Of a DNA stretch of 57,961 nucleotides, positions 1 through 11,941 are shown in pieces. Within the stretch, counting starts at the first letter, position 1. Each line of letters opens with the position of its first letter. The notes under the pieces were generated by a model, which did not search any database, was not told the origin of the DNA, and worked only from the letters and a program-made list of their open reading frames with translations. A program made the position numbers and the translations under genes. Origin of the DNA: Catajapyx aquilonaris (Eukaryota). The DNA lies in the NCBI GenBank assembly GCA_000934665.2, contig KZ538637.1, positions 62,001 to 119,961 of the forward strand, written 5' to 3'.

Positions 1-42
1 TACATCGTTGAAGAGCCATTAATTAGCTTTCCAATATTGTAT

Positions 43-1135
43 ATGATTCCACTTCAAACTTAGTGGGTTCACAGGTATCCGCGATATGGACTTGAACTCA
101 ATTATGAAACACACTCTATTAACTATGATAAATCAGGGCACATAATGATATGGCCTGCGCAGATTCTTTAGTGGATAATATATGTAATTACAGTCACATT
201 TGACATATATCATTTAGCATACCCGGATATGCAGTCAGGCATTTGGCATCTCACTGCCTATTTGACTCCTGCCATTGCTTATCACTCCAGGAAGTTTTGA
301 CCTGTGCTTGAAATGCCTGATTGGAAAGGCAGTCGGGATGTGATCATGTGAAGTGACGCGTTGTGAACTTTCTCGCTGAAGTGAGTTTCAGAATGAGTTA
401 CCGTGTAGTAGCCCTAAACTAGCCGAGGACGAGAATAATGGTGCCATGTTGGACTATACCGTATAGTGGCCAGTGCCTGGTTACAGGAATAATGGCCCAT
501 AATACCCCGTTTTGGACTCGATGTGGATACACTGCTCTTTTATGAGGCAACACCGGAGTGGCAGAAGGTAAACTGAGCTACACTGGCGAGGAAAGGGGGC
601 ATATTTTGCCATGGCTGTTAAAAACTGCCGCTTTATTGGGGTTCATCATACTGACAGACAAAAAAAATACAGTTGTATAATATCATGTTTGACTAATTTG
701 ATGCTGTCTGTTAGAGAGTCACTCTGAAAATTCCCATTTATGTGGAAAGCTGAGGTGAAGTGATGCCAAATTGGTTCACTATAATACTAACGAATGTGTA
801 GCATGATAAAACTCAACGCCCCATATCTTCCCCCTTGCCACTCATATTAAACGTGTAATATTATTGATGGTAATAACTTTTGTCAAATGACTGTCACATG
901 CCAGCGTGAATAATGTACTGTTGGCAATATACCATACGTTTCATAATATATTATATAATATATTTAGCTCACATTTGTATCTGTGTCGACCATGTGAACC
1001 CATCGAGTTTGGCGTTAAATCATGACGTTGGAATTCACTTGTAGGTGAGGTGACAGGTACGAGTGGAAATGAGCGACATCGAGATTTTTGCTAATACGAA
1101 TGTGAGCTACGTTATGAAATACGGTAGGTTTGCAT
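43..1135. repeat. Degenerate dispersed/inverted repeat unit (about 4 partial copies), possibly an old fold-back element
   Basis: TAGCTCACATTTGTAT (965-980) is the reverse complement of ATACGAATGTGAGCTA (1094-1109) at 15/16. The reverse complement of about 989-1023 aligns to 43-77 (shared ATGATT..CAAACT...TGGGTTCACA.GGT). A further partial copy lies at about 764-803 (GCCAAA..GGTTCAC..CGAATGTGTAGC). Confidence 0.45.
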
Positions 1136-1582
1136 AGCTTTCAAGTAAAACCACTCCCCCTTAATTCGATAGTAATACCGGGGGGTGCAGGCAACTAAGG
1201 TCATGATAGCAATTTAGAAAATCAGTGATTTAAGAAACGATGCTTCCTGTAAGCAAGACATTTTCTGAAGACCTTACAAAGGTCTTGAAAAAATGCCTTG
1301 CTAGTCTAATCTAGTTTGCCATACATCAACATTATTGTATAATATGTATCAGCCTATTATAATTGTGCCAATAATGTAGATCAGAATGTTCTGTGCTACT
1401 TTATTTAAGTGCAAATTAAAACATTTAATGACGCGATAAGTAACGGCGATTAGAGATGTCCATTTGCGCTACTAGTCGCTTCACTTGTCTCTCATGATGT
1501 CTTTTTTCACCTATATGATAAACTACATTATTTAAAATCATACTTAACAGGCGGTAAGTTTACTGATCTGAGTACTTCTATA

Positions 1583-1779
1583 CAGGGTGGTCCACCTAAC
1601 TTGATACAGGCGCTCAGGTCTGCACTGTTGCCAATCATGTCAAGTACGTCAGATGGAAGTTGTATAGGATGTCAAGTGGGACGTAAGATGCATGCAATGA
1701 CTTAAGTATCATTAATCAGTATCATTAATTAATGAAGTGCAGACCTGAGCGCCTGTATAACGTTATGTGGACCACCCTG
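1583..1779. mobile_element. Tc1/mariner-type MITE (197 bp, non-autonomous DNA transposon)
   Basis: 44-bp terminal inverted repeats at 1583-1626 and 1736-1779 match at 41/44 and begin CAGGGTGGTCCAC. The element is flanked by TA on both sides (1581-1582, 1780-1781), the canonical Tc1/mariner target duplication. No coding capacity. Confidence 0.9.
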
Positions 1780-2162
1780 TATACAAATGTGGAACTGTAC
1801 TGCTCAAGTATTTTATGCATTAAATTGAGTAAGCTGAGTTATTTTCATTGCTCAATCATTTGAGTTACCCACGTGCACTATGAGCCATTTCCACGATTAC
1901 TAATCAGTCTTTGAACAAATCATCTCTTCCAAACATCGCATTAGACCTGTTGGACCAAATTTTGCAAGACTGAAATGCCTCAGAAATATATTTGACAAAA
2001 TGCCTGAGTTCTTTTCAGTCATAACATGTCGTGTTCTCTCTCTCGTGTATTCCTGACACCCTGTGTTTGATAAGAAAAGGTGTATTGGTGATAAGGATTT
2101 ATATACGGTACTAATATTTTTACTTCTGTATTTTCATTGTACTGGATCTGGAAAGCACAAGG

Positions 2163-2184
2163 ATTCAACACTAGAGTGTTGAAT
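2163..2184. repeat. Perfect short inverted repeat (10-bp arms, 2-nt spacer)
   Basis: ATTCAACACT-AG-AGTGTTGAAT. Confidence 0.85.
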
Positions 2185-5100
2185 ATATAAGGGCATGTGT
2201 TAGTAACTACTTGGTATAATTCTCTCTCTCACCTATTCCTGAGAAGCATTTCTTGACCATTTGAACGCAACCATAGTGGTACGTTATGTTTTCATTGTAA
2301 CTTATGATTATTGGACATCCCCTGATAGGAAACCTGGCTTAGTATGTGCAATATATCTATATGGTTGTATAGGTGTTGACGGCAGGGCGCTTTTCTTTTA
2401 CATCCTATTTGTTATGTCGACTCTTTCGGAAACTATGTTATTCCATTACCTCGTGCTGCAGCTTACCCGGACTTGAGGGGGGTACAAAAAAAAAATTGCA
2501 AGCGGAAGGCAAGGGGTTTGCAGAAGTGAGCAAAAGTAGTACAGTGTCCTATAGAGTTTATAGGCCAATGGTTGCTGGGGCCTGGTGGTGCAAAAAGTTT
2601 TATTCCCAAAGTTGTGGCGCGTGCTGAGACCAGCAGTAGCGGCTGGGACCTACTCCCCCCCCCTTCCCTCCCACCTATCCTCCCATCTCCTCCTTCCCCC
2701 CCTCCTATTACACCTGGGGACTCGGGGAAGTGGCTTCCGAGTCGAAGGAGGTCCCTTAGCTCCAGTTCGGTAAGGCTGCACCAAGAAAATGAGACGTCCG
2801 TCCCGTGAGTCGAAAGAGCAAATTGAAGTGCGGACGCCGATGTGGAGGGGGAAGGAGGGGAGGGAATGGAGGGAGGTTAGATCCAGGCCAGCATCCATCT
2901 ATCCTACCCGCCTCCCAGCAGGGCTTACCAAACTGCGTCGTCTCGACCGGAATTTGCCTAGTTCCATCATCGCTGCCTGGTCGTTTCACAGTCGTCAGCA
3001 GGAGACGAATATTATCAATCTTGAATTGCCAATAACATTCACTGCAGTGACTGTCGGCAATAGAGACACGTCGCAGGTGTGTGGATGGGTGGAAGGGATG
3101 GGGGGTACTAACTGAATGTTTGGCGTTAAGGCTGGTCGTATACGTCCTTCAGGGAACAGTTACGTTTGTCGGCACGGCCCTATTGTGTTTTTCGATTAGG
3201 CGTTTTGTTGCGCAGGATGGCGACGGTGCGGTAGTTTCACGGTGGTCAGCTGACTTTGTATCAGGATGTATGGCCTTGCGGTGCGCCACGGTGCATGTGC
3301 CGGTTTGATGTTACCTTTTCAGGTGGGAGTTGGAAGTAGGTCTTGCTGCAGACATAACAGCCACATAATGAGTTTTTATGAATTGTGTATAGAAAACCAT
3401 TAATATAGCATATTTCACTAAAATTAGATGCCACGCACGGAATAGGGCAATGAAGAGCACACCGAGCTTCAAAAAAAATTTATTATCAAGTTTATACCTC
3501 TCGCTAGTGGATTAAGTTGTTTTTCGACACTGGAATAGCTGCAGCACTCTTTAAATGATATTTGCAGAGAGGCCTATTTTTGCATCTTAGGAATGTCTTT
3601 TCTCCTCTATCATATACATCTAAATATTAGAACTACAGTATTAGAGTACCCCATTAATGACGAGCAGAAATCTCGTCCTTAGAAAATATACTGCTCGTGA
3701 GCTGGAAAAATGAGTCATCTGATTGTGAGGGGCTCGGAATGAATGTGGCGTGTTTTTCCTCTTCTCTAATAATATAGATCAGATCAGTTGCATCAAATTA
3801 TAGAAAGCGTCCTTCTCAAGTTTAATTTTTTTTTGTTTTAGACTTTGACTATTTAGGATGCCCGGTGTGTCTGTGATAGCGATATGTAATGTGATTAAAT
3901 CACATCATAGTTATACACTATGACGGGGCAGGGAGATTGGTGTGGTGGGAGGAAGCAATAGCCCCACTTACAGTATACGTGCCCCATCGTACTCTAATAA
4001 GTTGAATTTACAAAAGTGGGCGTACGTTTTACACTTTTGCCTTCTTGGTTACTAGAATTTATGTTATGACCTCAAAGCAGTGAAAATATAGGTCATGGAA
4101 CACTCATACGATCAAAAGAGAAATAATACTGAACTTTGAAGGTCTCAAAATCATATCCTCGAGAAACTAGTTACGAAAGAGTGAAATTACTGTAGGACTG
4201 ACTTTATATCTGCACTTGAACCATATTGATTGTAAAACTTTCCAATCCCGAAAATGACCTATATGATTATGTACCTTTTATGTCCGGGCCATTCCAGTAA
4301 TGCCCAGTTCAGGTACAGCATTCACTAAGGAAGTATTAAGCCTATTCATCACTAAGATGACTTCCATTTGAAAGATATGAATATTAGGTTTCCTTCAGCA
4401 CAATTAATGCGAGATGGTCGTGTTAAAACCCGATCTTGTTCCTATCGAGCATCCATAATTTATAAAGACAATACGGACAACGTCAACCTTGGCCAAAGTT
4501 AGGAAAGGAATTTGCATGAAAGGATGGAATGTCGGAGGGGGCTATGGGTGGCTGTGGGTGGAAAGAGATCCTCCTTCCTTCCTTCCTTCTCCTCTCTCGT
4601 CATTTTCTGCTGCCAAGTCTTGGTCGGGATTTCCCCGAGAGTATTTTTTTCATATGACAGCAAGAAGTGTCTGTAAGTTGAACCACCAGGTGGAGAAGTT
4701 ACATTCTCCAGCAGCCGTGAGCACCGCGCCCATTCTTCCCATTTTCCCCCCCTCTTGAGATATTGCCAAGCGATGAAGCAGACCTGCAAACTTCGGAAGG
4801 AAATCGAGAGAAGTGATAAACTAGGCAGGAGAAGGAGGAGGCGCTTCATGTCTTCTACCAGAATGCCAACGTGCCTTTTGCTCCCACAGACAGGAAGGAA
4901 GACAAGATGCAGATTGCCTTTCTTGACCTGCACCAGCAGAAAAAAAATGGTTGCTATCTCTATCTTGAACATACTGTTGGGTATAAGGAATTTTAAGCAC
5001 TTACTGTTAGTCAAAATTGCTTATTTCATAGGTACTCGTCAGGTTTAACTATGAGAGAGTGCATAATAAAATGATATAATTTATATATGCATATGCTAAT

Positions 5101-6447
5101 ATCGCGAGTGATGCTGTTTGCGGATTGAAGTTTGTCTTTCGTACTGCAGAGCAAGGAAAAATACAGAAAAAAGTTTGTTTCCTACATTCGCATTAGTGGT
5201 ACTTCAGCCGAGTGTCACATAGTGTCCAGCAAGCAAAAAAAATAGCCATATAAAAAGCATTACAGTGATTGAAAGCCATAATACTGTAAAACTTTTCTTT
5301 CCCCATGGTCAGCAAACTTGCCGTTTTACTGCAGTTTATAAAAGCACCGTGGGTAGTCGATCCTTATCCAGTTTTTTTTTTTCCTTTCCCCTCCCCCCAT
5401 GGATCCTACTTTCTACAGACCCTATGTCCTTTTAGAAGGATGTCTTTCCGGATGGAATGTCGATACGGTAAACACTGGTTGGGGCGCCTCGATCGAAGTT
5501 TCAATAGCCGAAAGTCAAAAGAGAAAATATAAAAGACATCTAAAAGGCATCAGAAGTTTACTCTTATTACGTCCTCCCGTAGTCCCAAATTTATTCCCAA
5601 TAGCGATAGGGCCATGGCAAAATGCAGACCGTCCTGTTTATGTACAGTTCGTTGCATCGAAGATGGGAGAGAAGGACGCGCTTTTGATATTCTCTGTTTA
5701 CTTTCCTGTACAATCGCCCTGTAAAGTACACTTTTTTTTTAACGTCGAGTCATGTGCCGTTTTCCCGGTTCTTGCTGCATGCGAACATTATGAAATGGTG
5801 ATAAGCTGTTCCACTGCACCTACTGTGTGACGATGAATTTCTTTGCGTCAACCATTGCATATTTGCATTATGCATGATTGATATGCCAATTCTGTGTAAA
5901 ATCCGGATGCAAGAATTTTCTCCATATATACTACTGCGATGTCTATCCCCATCCACAGGATATTGTGATGAGTTTGACATCCTGGAGGATTTTGACGCAC
6001 GAATGAAGCAGCATAGTGAATTGCTCAATGGGTTGTTGGAATGAATGGGCTGGCGCTGTCCTGCTGGCGATTATATGGAGTTAGCAGCCCAGCGGTAGAC
6101 AAGCCTAGTCCCCGGTGGTAAATGAGAGAGATGTAGGAGTGGGCTTTGGCGACGGCGGGGAGCCCAGAGCTTCCGGAAATCCTGGTCGGGTTTGTTTTGC
6201 TCCACTGGACACTCGGCCTGGCTGGCTTAAGTTGGTTTTTTGTACAGTGAAAAGAATAGATTGAGGCGCCGGCGCCTGGGAAATGAAACCAGTTGCGGAA
6301 GAGGAAATTGGGCTGCCAATTCTGGTCCAACTGGGCAGGGATCTATCACTGCAGCAAGGAGAGGTGGTGTATAGAGTGCTGTATTTCCAAGGCAAGCTAA
6401 TCAGACGGTGGTTGACTGCTTTTCCCCAAAACCTCTTCATCGGGAGG

Positions 6448-6668
6448 TGACGTCACAGCCGCGTGTTTTGAAACCTCATTACGGGGTTGGCATTTTCCAG
6501 TTGACGGGGGTTTCCAAGGGGTTGGGTGGGGAAGAAGGCGGAAATATCCAAGTTTGCGGTGAGAAAATAAGCAGCAGGCGGCACCAGGTAGCTCTAGGAA
6601 AAGACATAGTATAGGGCGGGACTTTGACGTCAGCCTCGAGTTTCTGGCAAACCCGAAAGTCTATAAGT
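6448..6668. promoter_or_regulatory. Candidate promoter/enhancer module: two full CRE sites, GC box, TATA-like word
   Basis: TGACGTCA at 6448-6455 and 6625-6632, GGGCGGG at 6614-6620 just before the second CRE, and CTATAAGT at 6661-6668. Function is inferred from motif content only. Confidence 0.35.
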
Positions 6669-9600
6669 ACACGCCTACCATTCCGCCAAACAAGAAAGGC
6701 GCAAGAGCAAGGCGTAGATAAGTCCGCATTTTTTTGGCCTCCTTCTCCTCCTCAGCCGCAGTTACTTGTGGGGAACTTGGTTCGACGGTTTTGATTTGGA
6801 AGTAGTCAGATGAGGCCCTTCAAGTGCGCCTGCGTCCCTATTCCTACCTTGTCATTGGAGGGATATGAATAGGAGGTGTCGCTCCCGGAGCTGCGGGGGA
6901 AAAAAATAAGAGAAAAGTGCGCCACTTTTGAACTACGGTTTCCTTCCAGGTTTTGCGCCCAATGAAGAAAGTAGCTAGCTAGGCTCCCGGGTAAAGGAAG
7001 GCAGGCAAGGCGTCGCTTTCTGATAACAAAATGATTCTAGCACCAGCAGCCTCCACGACTGGCTGATTCTTGCTGCAGATGGCGGCTGGGTCTGCCACCA
7101 ATGGATTTGCACTATTGCCAAAATTACAGGGGATAATAAACTAGACGTCAGTCTTACATGTGTTTTCCCCATAGAACCTGGAGTTATGGCGGGCACTGAT
7201 AGGAAAGCTCCATCCACGCACTTTTAGGGTGCAGGGTGCTGGCACACTGCCATCAGCTCATTACCATCTTTCAGAAGATTGACGTTTAGATTCAACTTTT
7301 TTTCTCCCCTTCTCGTCCTCGTCTGGAGAGCATCGAAGCCTAGAATCCTCTCCTGCAACCTTCCACAGTTGAGTAAGCAATGTTTATGAACAAGCAGGTT
7401 ATTATACGGGCTCGGGTGGAGGCGAGCCTTGAGGAATATCGTTGATCAATGGGTCGTGGAAAAGGCAGCTAATAACAGGTAGGCAGAGAGAAAATGGAGT
7501 CTACAGCCAAAATAGATCCAGTGTTTTGACTCAAAACAAGCGGGCGTCTATAGACCTATCTTTCACCGCCCCGAGTGCTCAGCCTCATGTTTAGATTCCA
7601 CGGTCAGATTGGTTTTAACTTTTTTTTTTAACAATTCAGTACATGTTGGTCAACATACATGTCTTCATGATGTGCAGTATACGTGAAATTGAACCAGATG
7701 GTTAGGGACACATCGCTTCAATTCTTGCAACTTGTAGGGACAGGACTTCCCAAAGAGGATAGCAGGTGGAAAGTGTGCGTGCCTGGTTTCCCTTCCCTCA
7801 TTCCTGGCCAACTTCCTTCCTTATTCCCTCCCCTTCCCGCGGCCAATCCAATATCCTGGGAGTCTGGGTACACAAAGTCCATTTGGAGGATGACCGAAAC
7901 ATGTGGGGCCCAAATGAAGTTAGCCAGCCGCAAACAGAGTTCCAAGTTTCAGAGAAGAGAGGACTGCAGGCAAGGGAGAGTTCTCAGGAGGAGCTGAAGG
8001 AATCTTGGCTGCTGGGCAAACTTCACTTTGGAAAGAGTCTTCCGCCCCTTTTTCTGCTCGATCTAATCGTATTTGTGTTATAAATAATTTTTTATAATAA
8101 TTTTCTGGAAAAGTGTGGCTTCATATGCCTTGTTGCTATGGTAAGAGTAGGCGCAGGCTTAATCAGGAGAGCACTAGTCTCAAAAGACTTCCTTATTCAT
8201 GATTGAGGCATTAAAGTTTAAGCCTTTTTTCGGGAGCAGAGGTGACGCAGTTATGCGAATTTAAGAATTCAAGCGCTTATTAAACACGGGCATTAACATT
8301 TATTGCGATAGTCTGTGTGAAGCGGTGTTTTTCAACCCGCGACATCGAACTAATTTGCTTGTATAAACGTCGCCGAAGAAGCATATCTAATTAATATGTG
8401 CCTTGGGATTACTAGTTAGCTTTAAATTTTGAATGACAATTACTCGATCACGCAACGTCGCTTTTTGCTAGCACATCATAAAACTGGATTATCCTGCTGC
8501 ATTTCAAATCACTGTTAAATCATGTAATTATTTTAGTGTGGCACGTGTTGACTATGTTTGACCTGGTTGATTATGAAACATACTGTACAGTGGTCCACCG
8601 GTTGGCTTTCAAGTGTATACAGTATAATAATGCGGTCGTACAAGCACTGACAGGAAAACTGGATCCGAGCTATTACAGTGTGCCGTGTATCGAATCAAAG
8701 TGTGGCCTGTTAAAATAGGGCCGCCACGCAGCCATAGTAGTTGCGCATCCTTAATTTGGGTTAGATGAGACAGCGTGAAATCTCATCAAATTGACAAAAA
8801 CTCGGTGTAAGCCAAGAGTATCCTCTTACCACGTTTTTTCCCCCTTTACTTATTGCATTTTTTCACCTGCTTTGAAAATTAAACCCTGCCGCCGCGCCGT
8901 TCCAAATGCTACCTGGTCTACACGGCACAGGTGGGATATTCTCACACAGGCCCCCCTAAACTATAAAAAATTGGAAGTCCAGAGGTAGGTACAGGGTAGA
9001 GGGGAAAAAATGACAGGTTTGGGTGATCTACCGTCCAGGCACTTTTTTGGTGGGTTCTAAGAGGATCACACCCGAAGGGCTCGTGGGAAAAAAAGGATGG
9101 AGGCCAAAGGGGCCCCGAAGCTGGTAATTCCTGCAAAATTGTATCAAAGACACTTGTATCGGGAGGTGACAAAGCCATTGATGTATGGAGAGGGTGCTAT
9201 AGAGAGCAGGGCGTTCGGAAGCATTGTGAACGAGGCTTTTTAAAAATCAATAAAAGTGCCAGCTTTTTTGATCGCCGCCACCTGGGAAAACAAACAAATA
9301 CTTGTGGCCTCTGCTCCTTTTAGGAAAGTGGCGGGTATAGGTGTAAGTTTGGGGGAAAAAAAGTTTTTAAGCTGAGTCAGAAGTGGTGGGCTAATAGATG
9401 GTACAATGAGGTGAGATGATTTTCCAAATTTTCCTTCTATTCCCTACACTGCACTGATGTGTATACCGAGAAGGCCCAAATGGGGAATTCATAATGAGAA
9501 TGGCCTTTGCACATGCCTTTGGGTGTAATTTGGGCTGGCCGTTGTTTCCTCACGAACAAATTCTTGGGCGTTTCTACCATTTGTCAAGGCGGTCAATTTC

Positions 9601-11895
9601 AACCCAAAAACCTTAGAGTATGGGGAAGAAGGGGGCTAGAGAGAGGAAGGTGCCTGACTCCTGAAACTTAAATGGGATTTACGTGCGCACCAGTTAGCGC
9701 CAGGAAGGTTAGACCCTTTTCTTAGGGTCATTAGTAGACCGTCCACTCCATATAATGAGTCTGAAAACACATTTTGGCACAGAATAATTTCAGCACACAC
9801 ATTCTGCATTATTTTGAGGGTTCATACAGAGTGTCTGAATTGTTGATACCGTTATTTTTTTTAAATGGGGTCCTTCGAGTGAACTATGTATTGTTTGCAC
9901 TAATGAGGTGCTATACACAAAGTTTCATATTTTGCAATCGTTGTCCCCGAATAAAGTGGGAAATTACCTGTCTGTCTTGCACATTGCAAGGAACTACTTT
10001 GTTCCTTTCTTCCTCTGTGGTTTCGGCAGTTTTCCGGGCCGATCGCCTACCTTCTTATTATCTGCTCATTCGCCTGGGATTAGGCCAATACTCCCAGGCC
10101 TGCACGCATCGACTGGCGTGTCGAACTCACGGATTTTTGTTCTGGGCTTCGTTTCCCTCCTAGCCCCCCCCCNTTTTTTTCTCCCCCTTTCCGTCCTCCG
10201 ACCTCAAATCCGATGTGGAAGGATAATTAAATTCACGAATGGGGAAGGAAAAAAGTAAAGCAGAAGATGGAGGAAAGAATAGAACGAGAGGCTAAATTTC
10301 TTTTCTTCAACTTCACTCCGAGCGGATAACAGGAGCCTGATTGACGTTCTGCCACAAAGATGAGCTGTGCCTGATGGCGTTTTTGGGGGAGGATATTTAA
10401 CCAACAGGAAGAGCAGGAGATAGGTTCTGTTAGGGCTGAGAGTGGCTGAGAGCAGAAAAATTTCCAGTCAGAAGCACTCTGGTATAGTCATAAAAATGGC
10501 AGCACATAAGCTACCCTATAGTATCGGTTTGGCACACTTGGTGGCGTTTTGAGGTGGCCTAACGCCATCCAGAGGCTTGGACAATAACTCATTCATGTAC
10601 TTGCCGGTAATTCTGTTTCAGAAGCAAACTGTGGGTAAGTGAATGAGTAGAAGCTCACTCACATATACTGCATGTAGACTAGCTTATGAGCTGGAGGGCA
10701 GGCAGAGCCCCGGCAGCCCCATGCGGTTATTTGGCTAATGAGCTCTGGCCATGTTGACACGGAACAGTGGAGCGCGCGCAAAGTTTCGGCAAACAGGCCT
10801 ATCCAAGGAGTTTCTCTAGGAAAGGCGCTCCCGTGTAAATAATCTCAAGTCCTGTCGCCTTCGACTTGGCAAGAAAACGGGTGATTTTCTGCCAGGTAGG
10901 CAGAAATCAAACCGGCACTTGAAATTCCAGCAGACGGTAACAAGCACGCCACGTTTGGTCCATTGCTTCACATCTCATTTGCTCACATCTTGTATGTCTG
11001 AGGGGTCCGCAATGCCCTGCCTCAATCCCCGCCTTCCAAATCCCTTATTGCTATTCCCCCCTTTCTCTCCCTCCTTTCCCTCCCTCCTTCTCTTTCTCTT
11101 TATGGCCAGCGCAAAGAACAGGGAAGTTGGGGACTTTACATCGCCCCCTCCACACTTCTCAACTTAGCTCCCCCAAGCAGCCTTGGACTTGGCTAGATTT
11201 TTCTTCATGACGTTCATTATGACCGCTTGTGGTCGCTGGGGAAGAAGGGAGACTAGAGGGAAAAGGAAGAGGGGACCTTAGAGACCGCCATCTGGAAGGT
11301 TTCCACTCAAATTGCTTCTTGCATGCGTGCAATGTCACTTGTTATGGCTCCTTGTTAGTAGGAGGATGGAGAAATTGCTTGCTGCTTACTTTACTGCGGT
11401 GGTCGCTGTTCACTTTTTTTGGCGTCTTCCACTAATTATATACTTGCTCTCCTGAAGGGCGAATTGCTGCTGAGTTATGTTGTAAATAACGTAGGGCGCT
11501 TCACTATTACGTGGGTTATGTGCATTGTTGGCTCAAGCAGAATGGGCCTCGAAAATAGAAATGCTGGGAGATAATCATATGGCTTTATTTTCAATTTTTT
11601 AACATTATAATACAACACTCGAAGCTGCTTGACAAATTGTAATACACTAATTAAAAATATTTGCAATGCCTCAAATGTGTACTGTTGCCTTTAATAATAG
11701 CACATGAAATCTGTGGCAGCTTACCTTATGAGTAGGCTACTATTGAATTTTATGCAGCGGTTGCATGCCTTTGAATGGGGAAGTAGCCTTCATTTTGGAA
11801 ACTACATAATAAATTCGCCCATATTTTTTGGATTTTTTTGGCATATTCCGTTTTAAGATATCAGTTTCAGTTCCGGAGTAATTGGGGTTTTTATG

Positions 11896-11941
11896 TAGGG
11901 AAATGGTGACGTCACTGTTTCCCTAGAAAATGTTGACGTCA
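11896..11941. promoter_or_regulatory. Tandem CRE pair, the first embedded in a 30-bp palindrome
   Basis: TGACGTCA at 11907-11914 and 11934-11941. 11896-11925 reads TAGGGAAAtgGTGACGTCACtgTTTCCCTA. Confidence 0.5.

Noticed and set aside
10116..10132. Isolated Pol III B-box-like word on the minus strand (GTTCGACAC)
   Set aside because: No A-box or cloverleaf. No tRNA gene was found anywhere in the window.
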